A stretch of DNA of 64,000 nucleotides from an uncultured delta proteobacterium (GCA_963760795.1 CAVXEP010000022.1:96001-160000); one strand, 5' to 3'; shown: positions 1-11,269, counted from the first letter of the stretch. Program-made: numbers and translations. The notes: generated by a model from the letters alone, not told the origin.

Positions 1-1106
1 TGGTCGCTTTCTTGGCGCTGTCGTTGCCGATGAGTTCGCGGCACAGCCGGGTCAGTTCCGGCACCGCCACCGAGGTATCGGCGGTCATCGGAACATCGAT
101 CGCCTGCAGCGCCTGGAAGTCGTTGGCCCAGGAGTGCACCAACATATCGTTCATCGAGATGCTGGCGATGCGCACGCCCGGGCGTGGTCACGTACTCGCT
201 TTCGCGGGTCTGTTTGCTCACCGTGGTCAAGGCGCCAAACAGATCGCCGACGTCGAGAGCCAAGATAAAATCAGCCTTCTGGAGAATTTCCCGGGCGCCG
301 TCGGTCACATCCAATGGATGCACCGCAGGAAAGTTGAAACGCGCGCCCTTATCGACCACCGGCGCAGCCAGCGACTTCGGCCAACTCGATCAGCATCGGC
401 ACGGCCTTGGGATTGCGGCCGAGCATGTCGGCGACGATCAATGGATTTTTCGCATTGACGAGCATCTCCGCGGCGCGCCGCAGCGCTTCGGGATTGGCCT
501 GCGCCGGCGCTGGCCTAGAGTGACGGCTCACGTCCGGCATGTCGACCAGGTCTTAACCGCGTCTTCTTGAATATCAGCATCGTAGTTAATATAGACCGGC
601 GCGGTCGGATCGGTGGTGGCGATGCGGTAGCCACGGATGAATGAATCGGGCACGTCGGCCAGCGAATAAGGCTGATCGTCCCACTTGGTGTAGTCGCGCA
701 CCTGGTTGCCCTGCACCAACGCGGTGTGGATCCAGTCGATGCGCGGCCGGCGCCGTTTCGTGTTCATCGGCCCAGTGCCGCCGAGCACCAGCATCGGCAC
801 GCGGTCGATGTAGGCGTTGAAGATCGCCATGCTGGCATGCTGCAAACCGACCATGTTGTGGCAGATAGCGATCATCGGTTTGCCTTTCGCCTTGGCATAG
901 CCATGGGCGATGGCCACCGAGATTTCTTCGTGATGGCAGAAGATCACTTCGGGCTTGTAGTTGCCGCCATAGTTGACGATGGAATCGTGGATACCACGGA
1001 AGGTCGCACCGGGGTTGAACGCGGTGTACTCGATGTCATGGGCTTTCATTAGATCGACGACGACATCGGAACCGAATTCCGGTTGTTTCTTTTCTACTCT
1101 GGACAT
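1..1106 (-). CDS. Thiamine pyrophosphate-binding enzyme (acetolactate synthase/benzoylformate decarboxylase-like); several frameshifts, runs off window start
   Basis: ORF 528-1106 has TPP N-domain motifs (FNPGATFRGIHDS, HHEEISVAIAHGYAK); the reading continues in other frames (349-540 NPLIVAD; then ADFILALDV). Confidence 0.85.
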
Positions 1107-1195
1107 TACTAGACTCCTCCCTCTGATTACTGTTTCGCTCTCAATACCAGGAAACCCGCCACCTAGCTAGGGCTGATTTAAGAATTCTCGGCTGG

Positions 1196-2087
1196 CTATT
1201 TCTGCTGTAAAAGACCCTTTTCGTAAAACAATTCCAGGGTCTCCGCCAGGTCGCCGTGGCGCACGCCGCTTGCGCTAGCTTGGCCCAGGTTCAACGCGGC
1301 GATAGCGCGCAAGACCTTTTGCGCCGCCGGCGCCATAAACGAATCGAGACCATGTGAATTGAAGGTGCGTTTCAATTCGTCCATCTCCTCGGCGCGCCGC
1401 CCGGCGTGAATCTGCAAGCCGACGATGCTCGATGAAACCTTGTCAAGCAAACCGGGAAAGCTCTCCTCGTACTGAGCGCGAATTTCGTCCAGCAAGCCAA
1501 ACTTCCGCGCGCCCATGAGCAGCTCGCAAAACAATCCTTGAAACCCCTTGGTCAGCCCGGCGTAAACGACTTTGAACGCCGAAGCCTGATTGGTACCGGA
1601 GCCCAAAATCTTGAGGGGAATGTTGAAAGCTTCGAGCCCGCGCAGCCGCTCAGCCTGCGGCCCGGAAAGATAGACGATCGTGCCTTTGCCCATCTTCGCC
1701 GCGGAACCAATGATACAACCGTCGACGAAATTCACCCCCGCCGGACGTGAGAACTTTGGCGATGGCGTCGGCGGTCATCGGCGAGATCGCGTTGGCATCG
1801 CAGTAAAGTAAATCTTTTCTGCCACTCTTGAGCGCCGCCTTCGCCACTTTGGTGGCGACCTTCTTGGCGGCCGACGGCACGACGATGGATACAATCAGTT
1901 CGGTTTGCTTAACCAAAGCGTTCATCGAAGCGACCGATGCCACACCGGCGTTTTCCGCCCGCTTGCGGCTCACCTCGCCGCGGTCCTTGTCGTAAGTCAA
2001 AACTTCGACGCCGTGGCTCTTGAGCAGTTTGGCCCAATGAAAGCCCATCTCGCCGATGCTCATGATACCGATTTTTTGAAATGCCAT
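1196..2087 (-). CDS. NAD(P)-dependent oxidoreductase, 6PGD/3-hydroxyisobutyrate dehydrogenase-like (DUF1932-type C-terminus); frameshift near 1740
   Basis: N-terminal KIGIMSIGEMG Rossmann motif and YCDANAISP in ORF 1650-2087; FVDGCIIG and ASAFKVVYAGLTKG in ORF 1196-1735. Confidence 0.8.
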
Positions 2088-2533
2088 AATTCGCTTCCTC
2101 CTTGTTGCGACCGACGATCTCTATGCCATATCGGTGGGCGATTTTAAAGACAATGCTTGATTGGCCGATCCATCTATTCGAGGAACTTTCCCACGCCGCG
2201 CGGTTTACGACAAAGACGGCATCGACGCCGATGACCTGGCATTCTAAAAAAAATGGAAACGCGAAAGCCTCAGTCGACAACGGCGGCGGTATCGCCATTT
2301 CTGTATTGAAATAATGTCAAATCTACCTGCGCCATGAGGTGGTCGCGGAGCCGCGAGAGTCATACAGGGTTTACTTGCGAAAATTCACCTTAGACGGTGC
2401 CATGGCGCTTAGCCTTATGGTTATGAAGCGATTCGAGGAATTGATAGTCGGGGCGGACACAATAACTGCGGCAACCATCTACAATGCCGTTATGCGGGTA
2501 ACGTCGAGAATGGAAGACGGGCAGATAGGACTA

Positions 2534-2700
2534 ATGGAAAATCAAGAAAAGTAATTCACCACGGCCAGCTAATGGACTTCCTGGAAATATCGCGCAGCAC
2601 GGTTTATCGGCTCATGGTCAAGGGTATGCCGAATCCTGGTGGGGAGCGTTCATAGGATTCCAGTGAATTGGATGACTGGAAAACCGAGCGGAAACAAACT
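2534..2700 (+). pseudogene. Degraded excisionase/AlpA-like HTH gene
   Basis: Manual translation from 2572 gives MDFLEISRSTVYRLMVKGMP, a typical Xis/HTH_17 motif; stop and frameshifts flank it. Confidence 0.5.
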
Positions 2701-2940
2701 GAATAATAGAGAAACGGCGAAGGTGCCGCGCACGCTGTTGCACAAATCCCTGCGGGCTCGCCTGGGTTGTACCTAAATAGACTCGCGGGCGTCGTTCTCG
2801 GTAAGGCTTTTTGTTGGGCATGATAGACGGCAAATCTTTGTTTGGTTTGGCAAATACCTCCTTTGTATTTGTCTCATTTGGGCCACTCCTATAGAGCCAC
2901 CTGCATAGCTTCCCCGCGCCGGATTCTTTTAATGTCCGTC

Positions 2941-3204
2941 TTAGGGGCTGCGTCGGATTCTTTCGATATGGGGCGAGATGGGGCCACCGCTGGTGTGCAT
3001 GGTGAAGTCGTTTTTATTTATTTTTCTCTTGGCATTTCTAATCCTCTCTTGGATAATTTCGATAATAATTGAGCCGATAAATGCGTAAATGAAAATGGAA
3101 GTAAGCAGTAGGAATGCTCCGAGTACTACAATGAACGGCGCAAAGGTAATGATAACAGCTGCCCAAAGTAAAATCTTAGGAGCTATGTCAAAATAAAATT
3201 CCAT
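2941..3204 (-). CDS. Small membrane protein
   Basis: 87 aa ORF with a long hydrophobic stretch; AT-rich island DNA. Confidence 0.45.
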   Translation of the reverse strand: MEFYFDIAPKILLWAAVIITFAPFIVVLGAFLLLTSIFIYAFIGSIIIEIIQERIRNAKRKINKNDFTMHTSGGPISPHIERIRRSP

Positions 3205-3479
3205 TTCAAATTCCCTTTCCTAGTTCGATGCCGAACCATGTGACCGATAGCCCGGTCGGTGCCAAAAAACTCGATCAACAACCAGGCGTTTTTTTTCCAT
3301 AGTTTGATCGCGTTGACCCGCTGAAATTTTTCATCCCCATACTGGCCGCGCTGGAGATGGCATTTACGACATAAAGGAATCACTGTTAAATCGTTGCGCT
3401 TTCTTCCCGGTTCCTCTGGCTTTGACAGCAATGCTTTTCGGCATAACCATGTGTCGTTGGTAAAAACAAATACGCGCAT
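3183..3479 (-). pseudogene. HNH/DUF968-like phage protein remnant
   Basis: VIPLCRKCH motif resembles the HNH-family C-terminal PLCxxCH; N-terminal half of the motif not evident. Confidence 0.4.
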
Positions 3480-3712
3480 TTCAGTGCTGCAGTCGAGGCG
3501 ATTTTCACAGGCAAACTCCGTTATTGCAGTGTTGGTAACGCAGCATATGTGCCACTGGCAAGCTTGACAGTGAATGGGGAGCCATGCTCTTAAGATGCCG
3601 TTGAAGGGAGGTGCAAGCGTGCCCGAGGGATCTCCAACGGTTTACCGCCGGGCAGGGACGGGGACGAAATCACCGCGGAATTCTATGAAACTGGCCATAG
3701 TGGCCGTAGGCA

Positions 3713-3850
3713 TTGGGCACATTGAGCGCACACAACAGTCTTATGAACCTTCGGAGCGTCGGGGCCATGCTAGTATTTTTCAGTTATTTATGGTGCCCGG
3801 AGCCGGACTCGAACCGGCACAGCGCTTTCGCACCGAGGGATTTTAAGTCC
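3713..3850. repeat. 138-bp direct repeat of 6813-6950, containing the 3' 60 nt of tRNA-Leu (att junction)
   Basis: Identical by eye from ttgggcacattgagcg to ggattttaagtcc, offset 3100. Confidence 0.95.
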
Positions 3851-4304
3851 GAGTCACCTTTCGCCAGACAATTTCACGTGGACGATAACGAGGCGAACTC
3901 TGAAGGTTTTACGGCTGGTGTGTGCGCTTCGGTGCTATTGGCTTTTGGTAGTTTGGGCACAGTGACGGGCACAGTTTGGGCACACTGGCCGTAGGCCAGG
4001 GGGGAGGGGGTTCGCTCCGGTTCATGATTAACGTTTGACCCTGCTAGAAGTTAAACGAAACTCTAACGGTAGGTACGCGACAACCAACCCATTCCCAACG
4101 GGATCAGTCTCAAACGCCATGACAATGGGAATCGTGGAAGTTACTTCTTTGGCGAAACCGGTGATTCACGGCCCAAATAATAATGTTGTTGCGCAAAATA
4201 AGCCAGGGCCATTGTCAGGAATCTTCGTGCCTGCCGGGCTATGACAATGACCCTGGTGGTATTTCCCCAAACTCTCCCTCGGATCGGCTCGGCGAGGATC
4301 CCCA

Positions 4305-5168
4305 TTATTTTAAAGAAAGTTGCTGCGGCTCGCCGTAAATAAAGTCATCCATCATCACGATATCGTTCTTCTCATTATCATCCGGTCCCGGAGCTGCATT
4401 GCCGGTTGTGATCCGGACTCGCGCAATGGTCGCGTCGTCGAATACGATGCCGAAGAAGGAAAGACTTGCATCGCCCGGCGAGGCCGGAACGAAACTGCTG
4501 AATATTAGCTTGCCGTCCTCGTCGAAGTACTCCATCAGCGTGCTGGCCTTACGAGGACTCCCGCGCCTCTCGCCAGGGCCGATCCCATTTGGTTCGTCAA
4601 CATCTGTGAAGACCGCGCCGAAGCCACGGACCGTTGCTGGAAAAGCGCCGTTGAAGCCCGGCACGAAGAACAAGGCTTCGGTTATGTTGCTGCCTACCGG
4701 GGTGAATAGGCGCAAAGGGCTGAACGTGCTAAACGTGGTGCCATAGGTCGGATTGGTAAAAAGCCCTGCGAGGCCGTCTTGGGGCCCGCCCGATGGAGGA
4801 GCCTGCGAGAGGCCCACCCCCGGGGTCGTGAACTGGCCGCCGCGGGTATTCAGGAACACATTAAACGGCGTTACGGGATCTGTAGTTGCGTCGACACCAC
4901 CACCGCCATCCCAGTTGATCTCGCGGCGACCACTTGTGAGCGGCCCTGCCGTATTGCCGTTGTTGGGTTCTCCTAGAGCTGCACGGAACTCATCGACCGT
5001 ACCCTCAATCGAGTCTGCGGTTGGCCCGGCTGCCTGGAATACAACCGGCGGAACAAGGTTCTTGGATTTTTTGGCTTGCGTCTCCGCAGCCTGGCAAACT
5101 GGCAATAGCATCATGACCGACAACAAGCCTAAGGCGACTACGACAGCTAAAAGTACATGTCTTTTCAT
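4305..5168 (-). CDS. Secreted conserved hypothetical protein (PEP-CTERM-associated-like domain)
   Basis: 287 aa, signal peptide, REINWDG and DIVMMDDFIYGEP motifs; aaggag RBS upstream. Confidence 0.75.
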   Translation of the reverse strand: MKRHVLLAVVVALGLLSVMMLLPVCQAAETQAKKSKNLVPPVVFQAAGPTADSIEGTVDEFRAALGEPNNGNTAGPLTSGRREINWDGGGGVDATTDPVTPFNVFLNTRGGQFTTPGVGLSQAPPSGGPQDGLAGLFTNPTYGTTFSTFSPLRLFTPVGSNITEALFFVPGFNGAFPATVRGFGAVFTDVDEPNGIGPGERRGSPRKASTLMEYFDEDGKLIFSSFVPASPGDASLSFFGIVFDDATIARVRITTGNAAPGPDDNEKNDIVMMDDFIYGEPQQLSLK

Positions 5169-5900
5169 GATTGCACTCCTTCATTCTATATTCTTTGAAA
5201 TGCCTCATGTCCGTTCCTCCTACTTCACTCCCGCCGGTGCGCGGCAATTCCGTTCGGGCTCGCCGTGTGCTGCGTGCCTGAAGATATTCTCCTCCTTTCA
5301 TGGAACAGCCGGTTAGCTTCGTGCTGACACTATCATCGAATTGAGTCGGGTCAAGTTAATTTTCGGTGAAGCACGCAAAAAGTTCGATAGGGAAATAGTG
5401 GATTCGCGTTTCGATATTCCTTAGCGAGCCTAAGGAAAATCGATTCAACGCCGTAGAGCGGTGGCATACAAATACAGCAGACACCTGGTAACTTTATAGC
5501 TCCAGCGTCCGCTGAAAGCTTCAATAAGCCGCTTGGCACCGGTCCCATCGATTTGAAGGCTCGGCTGAAATGTCCCCGGAGTGGCCTTGCCGATGAGATC
5601 AAGCACGCCGTCCCGCCGGCCTTCCCACTTGCTGAGCGGTTTTTCCCAATAGCCGCCTAACAAATCCTCGACAATCTGCAAAAGATCGAACTCGTTTTGC
5701 TGCTCGGTACCCGCGTTAAGATTATTGAAATCTTATGATTTCTGTTATCCTGTCCGAGCACAGTGCGAGTTTAGGTAAAAGCCTTCTGCCTTCGTAATAA
5801 GTGTTTTTGTGGGGCATGAGGTATAAAATGAGCGCTGAATCGACCGAGGTGACCACGTCTTACCAACCGACAGAGCAAGAACGGTCCGCGCTCGAAGCTC

Positions 5901-6784
5901 ATGCCGGCAGGAAGGAAAACGCCAACATCGCCACGGCTCAAAACGTGGGTTAAAGACAACATCCCGCAAATGGCGGTGGATCACCCAAGCGTGATGGCTT
6001 ACTTCGGCGACTTCAAAGCGCATGAAGTGGGCACGGATTTGATAAAGCGTTACGTTGCCATGCGCCAGGATCAAGGCGCGGCAAGCGCAACCATCAACCG
6101 CGAGCTGTCCGCTATCAAGCGAATGTTTAGCCTAGGAATACAAGCCGAAAAGATTTTCCGAAAGCCTTACGTTCCGATGCTGCAAGAGCACAATGTCAGG
6201 CAAGGTTTTTTTGAGCGCGCCGAGTTTCTCACCCTTCGCGCTGCGCTACCGGACTACTTGAAGCCCGTTGTGACGTTCGCCTACTTCACCGGCTGGCGCC
6301 GTGGCGAGATAACCGGACTCAAGTGGAATTATTCGATCTTGCGGCGAAGTCAGTGCGGATCGAAGGCGAATCAACCAAGATCCACAAGGCGCGGACAATC
6401 GCGCTGGACGGTGAATTGCTCGAAGCGATTCAAGGCCAATGGGATAAGCGCAAGGTGGCCGAAATTCCAGGTCAGTCCCCTGCTCTGATTTGCCAGTATG
6501 TCGTTCACCGCAATGGAAAGCCTGTCGGTGACTTCCGCGACACATGGGACAAGGCGCTGAAAGTAACCGGGCTTGCGGGTAAGATACTTTACGACTTCCG
6601 GCGCACAGCGGTTAGAAACATGAATCGCGCCGATGTCCATGAGCGGGTGGCGATGACGGTAAGCGGCCACAAGACGCGCAGCGTGTTTGATCGGTACGTT
6701 ATAGTCAGCGAAGACAATCAGCGCGAAGCAGCGCGTAAGGTTTGGGAATACGGCACGAAGCGGCGGCGAAGGTTGTCGCGTTGA
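5901..6784 (+). pseudogene. Tyrosine integrase A; N-terminus apparently missing, frameshift near 6330
   Basis: TINRELS, TGWRRGEI, YDFRR (H replaced by Y), SGHKTRSVFDRY across ORFs 5901-6488 and 6323-6784. Confidence 0.85.
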
Positions 6785-6890
6785 GATCGAATCAATAATC
6801 GGTTGGCACAGTTTGGGCACATTGAGCGCACACAACAGTCTTATGAACCTTCGGAGCGTCGGGGCCATGCTAGTATTTTTCAGTTATTTA

Positions 6891-6979
6891 TGGTGCCCGG
6901 AGCCGGACTCGAACCGGCACAGCGCTTTCGCACCGAGGGATTTTAAGTCCCTTGTGTCTACCTATTCCACCATCCGGGC
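6891..6979 (-). tRNA. tRNA-Leu(UAA)
   Basis: Reverse complement GCCCGGATGGTGGAATAGGTAGACACAAGGGACTTAAAATCCCTCGGTGCGAAAGCGCTGTGCCGGTTCGAGTCCGGCTCCGGGCACCA: acceptor stem, TAA anticodon, long variable arm, CCA end. Confidence 0.97.
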
Positions 6980-6990
6980 TAGCTTTAATT

Positions 6991-8150
6991 TCAACCACTT
7001 ATGGCCTCTGCGAGGTCTTCCACTTTTTCATGTCTGCACCCTGTCTGCATTTTCGCGAAGGATTCGGTCAAGTGATGGTCCTTTACGTTCACATAGCGGT
7101 CATGCATCTCGAAGGATGAATGGCCCGATGCCGCCATGACCGCCTCGCGTGGAATGTCAGCCATAGACCAGCGAGTGATGCAGGTATGCCGGAAATCATG
7201 CGGCTTCAAATCAGAGATGCCCGCCTTATCCCTCGCCATCTCGAAGGCTGTGCGGATACTTCGGATCGGCCTACCGTTGCGAGTAAATACCCGATTCGAG
7301 ATATTGGCTACCTTGGACTGCTCCGCCCTTAGTTCATCGAGTACCACCCGAAGCGCCGGCGAGATTGGCACCGTCCGCTTCTTCTTATCCTTAACATAGT
7401 CAGCCGACAACCAGATAAAACCGGCTTTCTCGTCTACCATCGCCAAAGTTAATTTTATCGCTTCACCGGACCGCAGGGCAGTTTCAAACAATGCTATAAG
7501 GACGGGCTGCACAGGCCGGGCTGAATTTTCCAGTAGCCCGCGGTATTCCTCATCGGTTACGATCCTATCTCGTTTGAGTTCCTTCTCACTCTCGAGTTTT
7601 ATCCGCGGCACTTTTTCGATAATGTCATCATCCGCCGCTAAGTTCAGCAAGTAGCGAAGAAAAGCTAATTCTCGATTCACCGTGGAAAACTTTATCTTCG
7701 TATCGGCTACAGGCTTGCCCCTGCGCATTTTTGGTTCCGCTGACCGCTTGGAGCGATACTCCATGACCTTACTTCGGTCAATATCCGAAAGCAGCATGTC
7801 ACCGAAGAATGTCTTGAGTGTCTTAAATGACCGCTTCTCGCGCTCCACGCCGCCCGCCCGCTTATGAGGGTCTACCTTACTTTTGAAATAATCGGCGCCG
7901 TATGCGCCAAAGGTAAGCCCTACTTGCGGCTTTTCCTTATCCGCGTCGAAGTCCTCGCGGCGAATATTTCGCGCTTTCAAGACGGCTAATTCGTCCTTGG
8001 CTGTCTTTAAGTCATCGCCAAGTGGGAATGTTCGCCGCTTGCCGGTCCAATCCTAAACGCACCGTAATAATTAGTGCTCCAATCACCATTGGCGATTTGG
8101 TACTGCCGCTTGTACAGATTCTTAGCAATGCGTTTCATCTGCGCTTTCAT
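6991..8150 (-). CDS. Tyrosine integrase B; frameshift near 8055
   Basis: TVNRELA, TALRSGE, HDFRH, SGH, DRY catalytic set intact; N-terminal MKAQMKRIAKNLYKRQY read manually from 8150. Confidence 0.9.
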
Positions 8151-8160
8151 TGGCGAGCTC

Positions 8161-8346
8161 CTAGCGGGTTTTAGCTGCGGCCCTCGCAGCTAACTTTGTC
8201 AGTGCCTTCAAATTGGCACCACGCGGTTTATGCACCCCTGTTTCCCACCGGGCTACGGCTACTTGAGACGCCCCGATAGAATCCGCCAATTGCTGCTGCG
8301 TCATGCCTAAGGCATCTCTGATGTTTTTTACCTGCTTTGGCGACAT
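8161..8346 (-). CDS. XRE/Cro-family HTH protein
   Basis: IRDALGMTQQQLADSIGASQVAVARWETG; directly upstream of integrase B. Confidence 0.9.
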   Translation of the reverse strand: MSPKQVKNIRDALGMTQQQLADSIGASQVAVARWETGVHKPRGANLKALTKLAARAAAKTR

Positions 8347-8637
8347 GACGGTCTTTATATCAAACGATATAAGCCATGTAAAGCCATTCGACCTAAGATG
8401 TCCGCTTTTTTAACCACTTCTCGACTTCCACCGGATCGAATCTGATTATTTTTTTCGCTTACCGGATCGTAAGGGGATTTAAGGAAGATCACTTGAATAA
8501 GCCATACGCAGCACTGTGGATTCACTGACTTGAAGCAGCTCGCTAATCTCCTTTGGTTTATGCAATCGGTTCACGCTTTTGCCCTCGTCAACTTCCAGCA
8601 CTCATTCTTGATTTGCGTATCGGTAATGCGAATAGCG

Positions 8638-9274
8638 CTATTCCACTCCCGTTCGTACCTTGAGAAGTCTTTTGATTTCCCGTATTTCATCATTCATCGT
8701 AGGTTGCTGCTTACCCGAGAAGTCCATTTCTGTGATTATTTCCGCCAGCTGCGAGGGCTGATAATTGCCAGAGACGGAGATCGTCGTCGCGATATGTTTA
8801 TGGGCCAAAGTTTTGGCTTATGGCTTTGATCTCTTCGCCGTTCTTGCATGCCTTGAAAGCCAGGTTGATAGCGAGATGCCTGAACGTATGTGGTGGGTAA
8901 TAGGGAAGGCCAGCTTGCTGCGCACGCCTACGAAAAATGACCCTGACTCTGCCAGCGCCATGCCAGTAGGCCGGTTCGACTTCGGTTGACGACTCGAAGC
9001 TTAGCTTATCCGTCCCCTGGTCCGCCTTGGCGCGAGGAAATAGCGGGTCTTGCGAACCGAAGCCCTTCGCCTTGAGATGCTTCGACCAGTCGATAATGTA
9101 ACCAAGCAGCTTCTCATCGAAGGCAAATATCGTCGTAGGTATAAGTTTGGCGAATTTGGTCTTCACTCCCAGTCTAGGGTTCTGTACGATTAATAGCTTG
9201 GCTTCGTCAAAGCAGCCCAGTGGCAGGACGATATTGATCGGGCTGTCTTTGATCGGCGCATTGTGGCATTTCAA
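8638..9274 (-). pseudogene. Third tyrosine recombinase, C-terminal fragment
   Basis: PHTFRH and ISQNFG(H); after a frameshift near 8803 reads KHIATTISVSG, with no Tyr at the expected catalytic position; N-terminus absent. Confidence 0.7.
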
Positions 9275-9361
9275 TCGCCCGTGGTTTTAGGCTACTGGCG
9301 CTGATCACTTACCCGCTACCGCACCCAAATCCGGCGCCCTCTCGGCGTCAATTCTCTTGGC

Positions 9362-9407
9362 TCGGCGCCTTGCTTTCGCGCTTCTACGTGCGGTAGAAGA
9401 ACGCTCC
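9362..9407 (+). promoter_or_regulatory. Reiterated promoter-like element, copy 1 (CGGCGCC-TTGCTT-N18-TAGAAG)
   Basis: TTGCTT 9370-9375, TAGAAG 9394-9399; 40/46 identical to 13901-13946; followed by GGAGG RBS and ATG 9423. Confidence 0.6.
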
Positions 9408-9422
9408 CCATGGAGGTTCGAC

Positions 9423-10066
9423 ATGAAACAAGCAATCAAGATACCGTTCGGGTTTATCCTAGTATTGTTGCTATCCAATTTGGCCGCCGCAACCTCCCAC
9501 GAGAACGCTTCATCCGCAGTAGCGCCGCCATGTACAGTGGCATTGCAACATACGTTTGCGTACAGGAGTAACCGCACGTTCACCAGAACTGTAAAGCAGG
9601 TCGGGGAGTTGTGCGTAGTCGGCAACTCCTATTTCGATAAGGCTGGGTGCTAGTTAAGCTGATCGCACCTGACGGTCGTGAGATAACTTCGCCGGACCTC
9701 CAGTTTCCCCAAATCGGTAAAGAGTGGCTTTCGTTTCCTTTAGTCGTAGGTAAAGAGTGGCAACATTCAGTCCGCACGCTTCAACAAATAACACGTGCCG
9801 TTCGGTCGTATGTCGATTGGTACAAGGTGGTTTCCACAGATCGGATAACAGTTCGAGCAGGTACATTTGAGACTTACAAAATAAAGTACGAGCAGCGGAC
9901 GGGGCAAGGCGTCGGGGTAAGATATTTCTGGTATTCGCCAGATGCTGAATACTACGTCAAACATCAATATGCCGGTGACGAAAGCACTCCATCTGACTTC
10001 TGGGTTAACGTTGAAGACTACGAGCTACTCTCGATTCGCCGTCCAGGAAGCAAAACAAAACAATAA
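9423..10066 (+). CDS. Secreted hypothetical protein; probable frameshift near 9640
   Basis: RBS plus signal peptide MKQAIKIPFGFILVLLLSNLAAA; continues in ORF 9647-10066 (ITVRAGTFETYKI motif). Confidence 0.6.
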
Positions 10067-10099
10067 TAAATACGGTCAGGCGTTCACCCAGCGGAAAGC

Positions 10100-10420
10100 T
10101 TGATCCCAATGCCTTCAATGACGGAACAATACAAAGACCTTTGGATTTCCGGCCATGCCACTCCCGGCTATCCCGGCGGCAATAACTCGACGCCTGGTGC
10201 CACCGTTTTGTATCAGCGCCCCGACAATTCAGTGGTGGAGCTAACGACACTGAATGTACACAACTTCGAGTTAGAGAACCGCGAGGTTGCCGAGTTGATC
10301 GGTCTGGAACTCGCTAGGCTGATCGTTGACACTTGCTATCCTGAACTTCAGCGCGAGCGGCAGGAAATAGAGCAAAAAGAACGACGGCAAATCCGACATC
10401 GCCTTATCGACGTTAATTGA
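10100..10420 (+). CDS. Hypothetical protein
   Basis: 106 aa ORF; a fragment paralog lies near 13947-14002. Confidence 0.55.
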   Translation: MIPMPSMTEQYKDLWISGHATPGYPGGNNSTPGATVLYQRPDNSVVELTTLNVHNFELENREVAELIGLELARLIVDTCYPELQRERQEIEQKERRQIRHRLIDVN

Positions 10421-10429
10421 AATACGTGG

Positions 10430-10447
10430 GGCGTAGGGCTCGGCGCC
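10430..10447. repeat. GGCGTAGGGCTCGGCGCC junction motif, copy 1
   Basis: Identical to 11651-11668; lies between converging stop codons (10420 and 10449). Confidence 0.75.
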
Positions 10448-10448
10448 C

Positions 10449-10721
10449 TCATTTCGGCTTCTGTGGGATTTTAATTATTTCATCTGCCATGCCGCGAAAT
10501 CGAGGTTTATATCTCTCATCAAGTGCGTCAATCCTCGAAATTACCTCGGCCCCCAAACGGTCTATCCAGTCTTTGAATTCTTCATCGCTGAGCCAATCTT
10601 CGTTTCGCCGCTCCTTGTTGTCTACCTCATCGATAATTGCTTGAGCTTCGCGCTTGTAGTTATCCAGCAATACCTGAAAAAGATCCTCAAACCCCATTTT
10701 GGGGATATAGAGTTCATCCAT
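10449..10721 (-). CDS. Hypothetical acidic/helical protein
   Basis: 90 aa ORF with protein-like composition; stop abuts the junction motif. Confidence 0.5.
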   Translation of the reverse strand: MDELYIPKMGFEDLFQVLLDNYKREAQAIIDEVDNKERRNEDWLSDEEFKDWIDRLGAEVISRIDALDERYKPRFRGMADEIIKIPQKPK

Positions 10722-10812
10722 AACCAGATAACTCCAAAAAACGCTTCCATATCTCGGGTTCGCTCCGAGGTCAAGCCCCGCCTCACGGGGATGGAAAAAC
10801 CAGGGCGCTGGA

Positions 10813-10842
10813 TTGCTTTATCTCTGTGACGTGCGGTAGAAG
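10813..10842 (+). promoter_or_regulatory. Reiterated promoter-like element, copy 2
   Basis: TTGCTT-N18-TAGAAG with the shared acgtgcgg spacer; ATG at 10849. Confidence 0.6.
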
Positions 10843-11002
10843 GCGGCGATGGATGACCAAGCACTCCGCCAACTGTGCGCTGACCTTAATGCGAAGTCAG
10901 ATGAGGATTTGGCCAATTTTCGCGCAGGGAAGGCGAGGTGGAAAAAGAAAAAGGGAGGAGTATTGGAATTTTATCTGGCCTAACGTTTTTGTTGGAGGTC
11001 AT

Positions 11003-11233
11003 ATGCTCGTACAGGTTACATACCAATCGAAACTTGACGCGGCTAATAAAGCGACCGAATTTACTCAGACAGCCTTTTTTGAAGCCGAAGGTCTCCCCGA
11101 GAAACCAACCGTTGTTAATAAATTGAAAGAAATGAGTGTCGATTTTGCCGAAGACACCCTCATAATAGCGGCCTACATTGATGAAGATGCGGACACGATA
11201 CGAAGCAACGGCTTTAGTGTAACCGAGCTCTAA
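11003..11233 (+). CDS. Small hypothetical protein (76 aa)
   Basis: GGAGG RBS before ATG 11003; hairpin downstream. Confidence 0.6.
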   Translation: MLVQVTYQSKLDAANKATEFTQTAFFEAEGLPEKPTVVNKLKEMSVDFAEDTLIIAAYIDEDADTIRSNGFSVTEL

Positions 11234-11237
11234 AAAA

Positions 11238-11269
11238 GAATGGGCCAGGAGTGGCAACCTGACCCATTC
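11238..11269. terminator. Hairpin after ORF 11003-11233
   Basis: gaatggg-c-cagg ... cctg-a-cccattc, preceded by an A-run. Confidence 0.45.

Larger units (their letters stand above)
3851..6950. mobile_element. Integrative element A (about 3.1 kb) at tRNA-Leu, duplicating the 3' half
   Basis: Flanking direct repeat, tyrosine integrase 5901-6784, GGCACA arm-type repeats at both ends (3951-3984, 6803-6821). Confidence 0.75.

Noticed and set aside
3574-3994. ORFs 3574-3846, 3713-3994 and 6813-7139
   Set aside because: They are translations across the tRNA/att repeat, not genes
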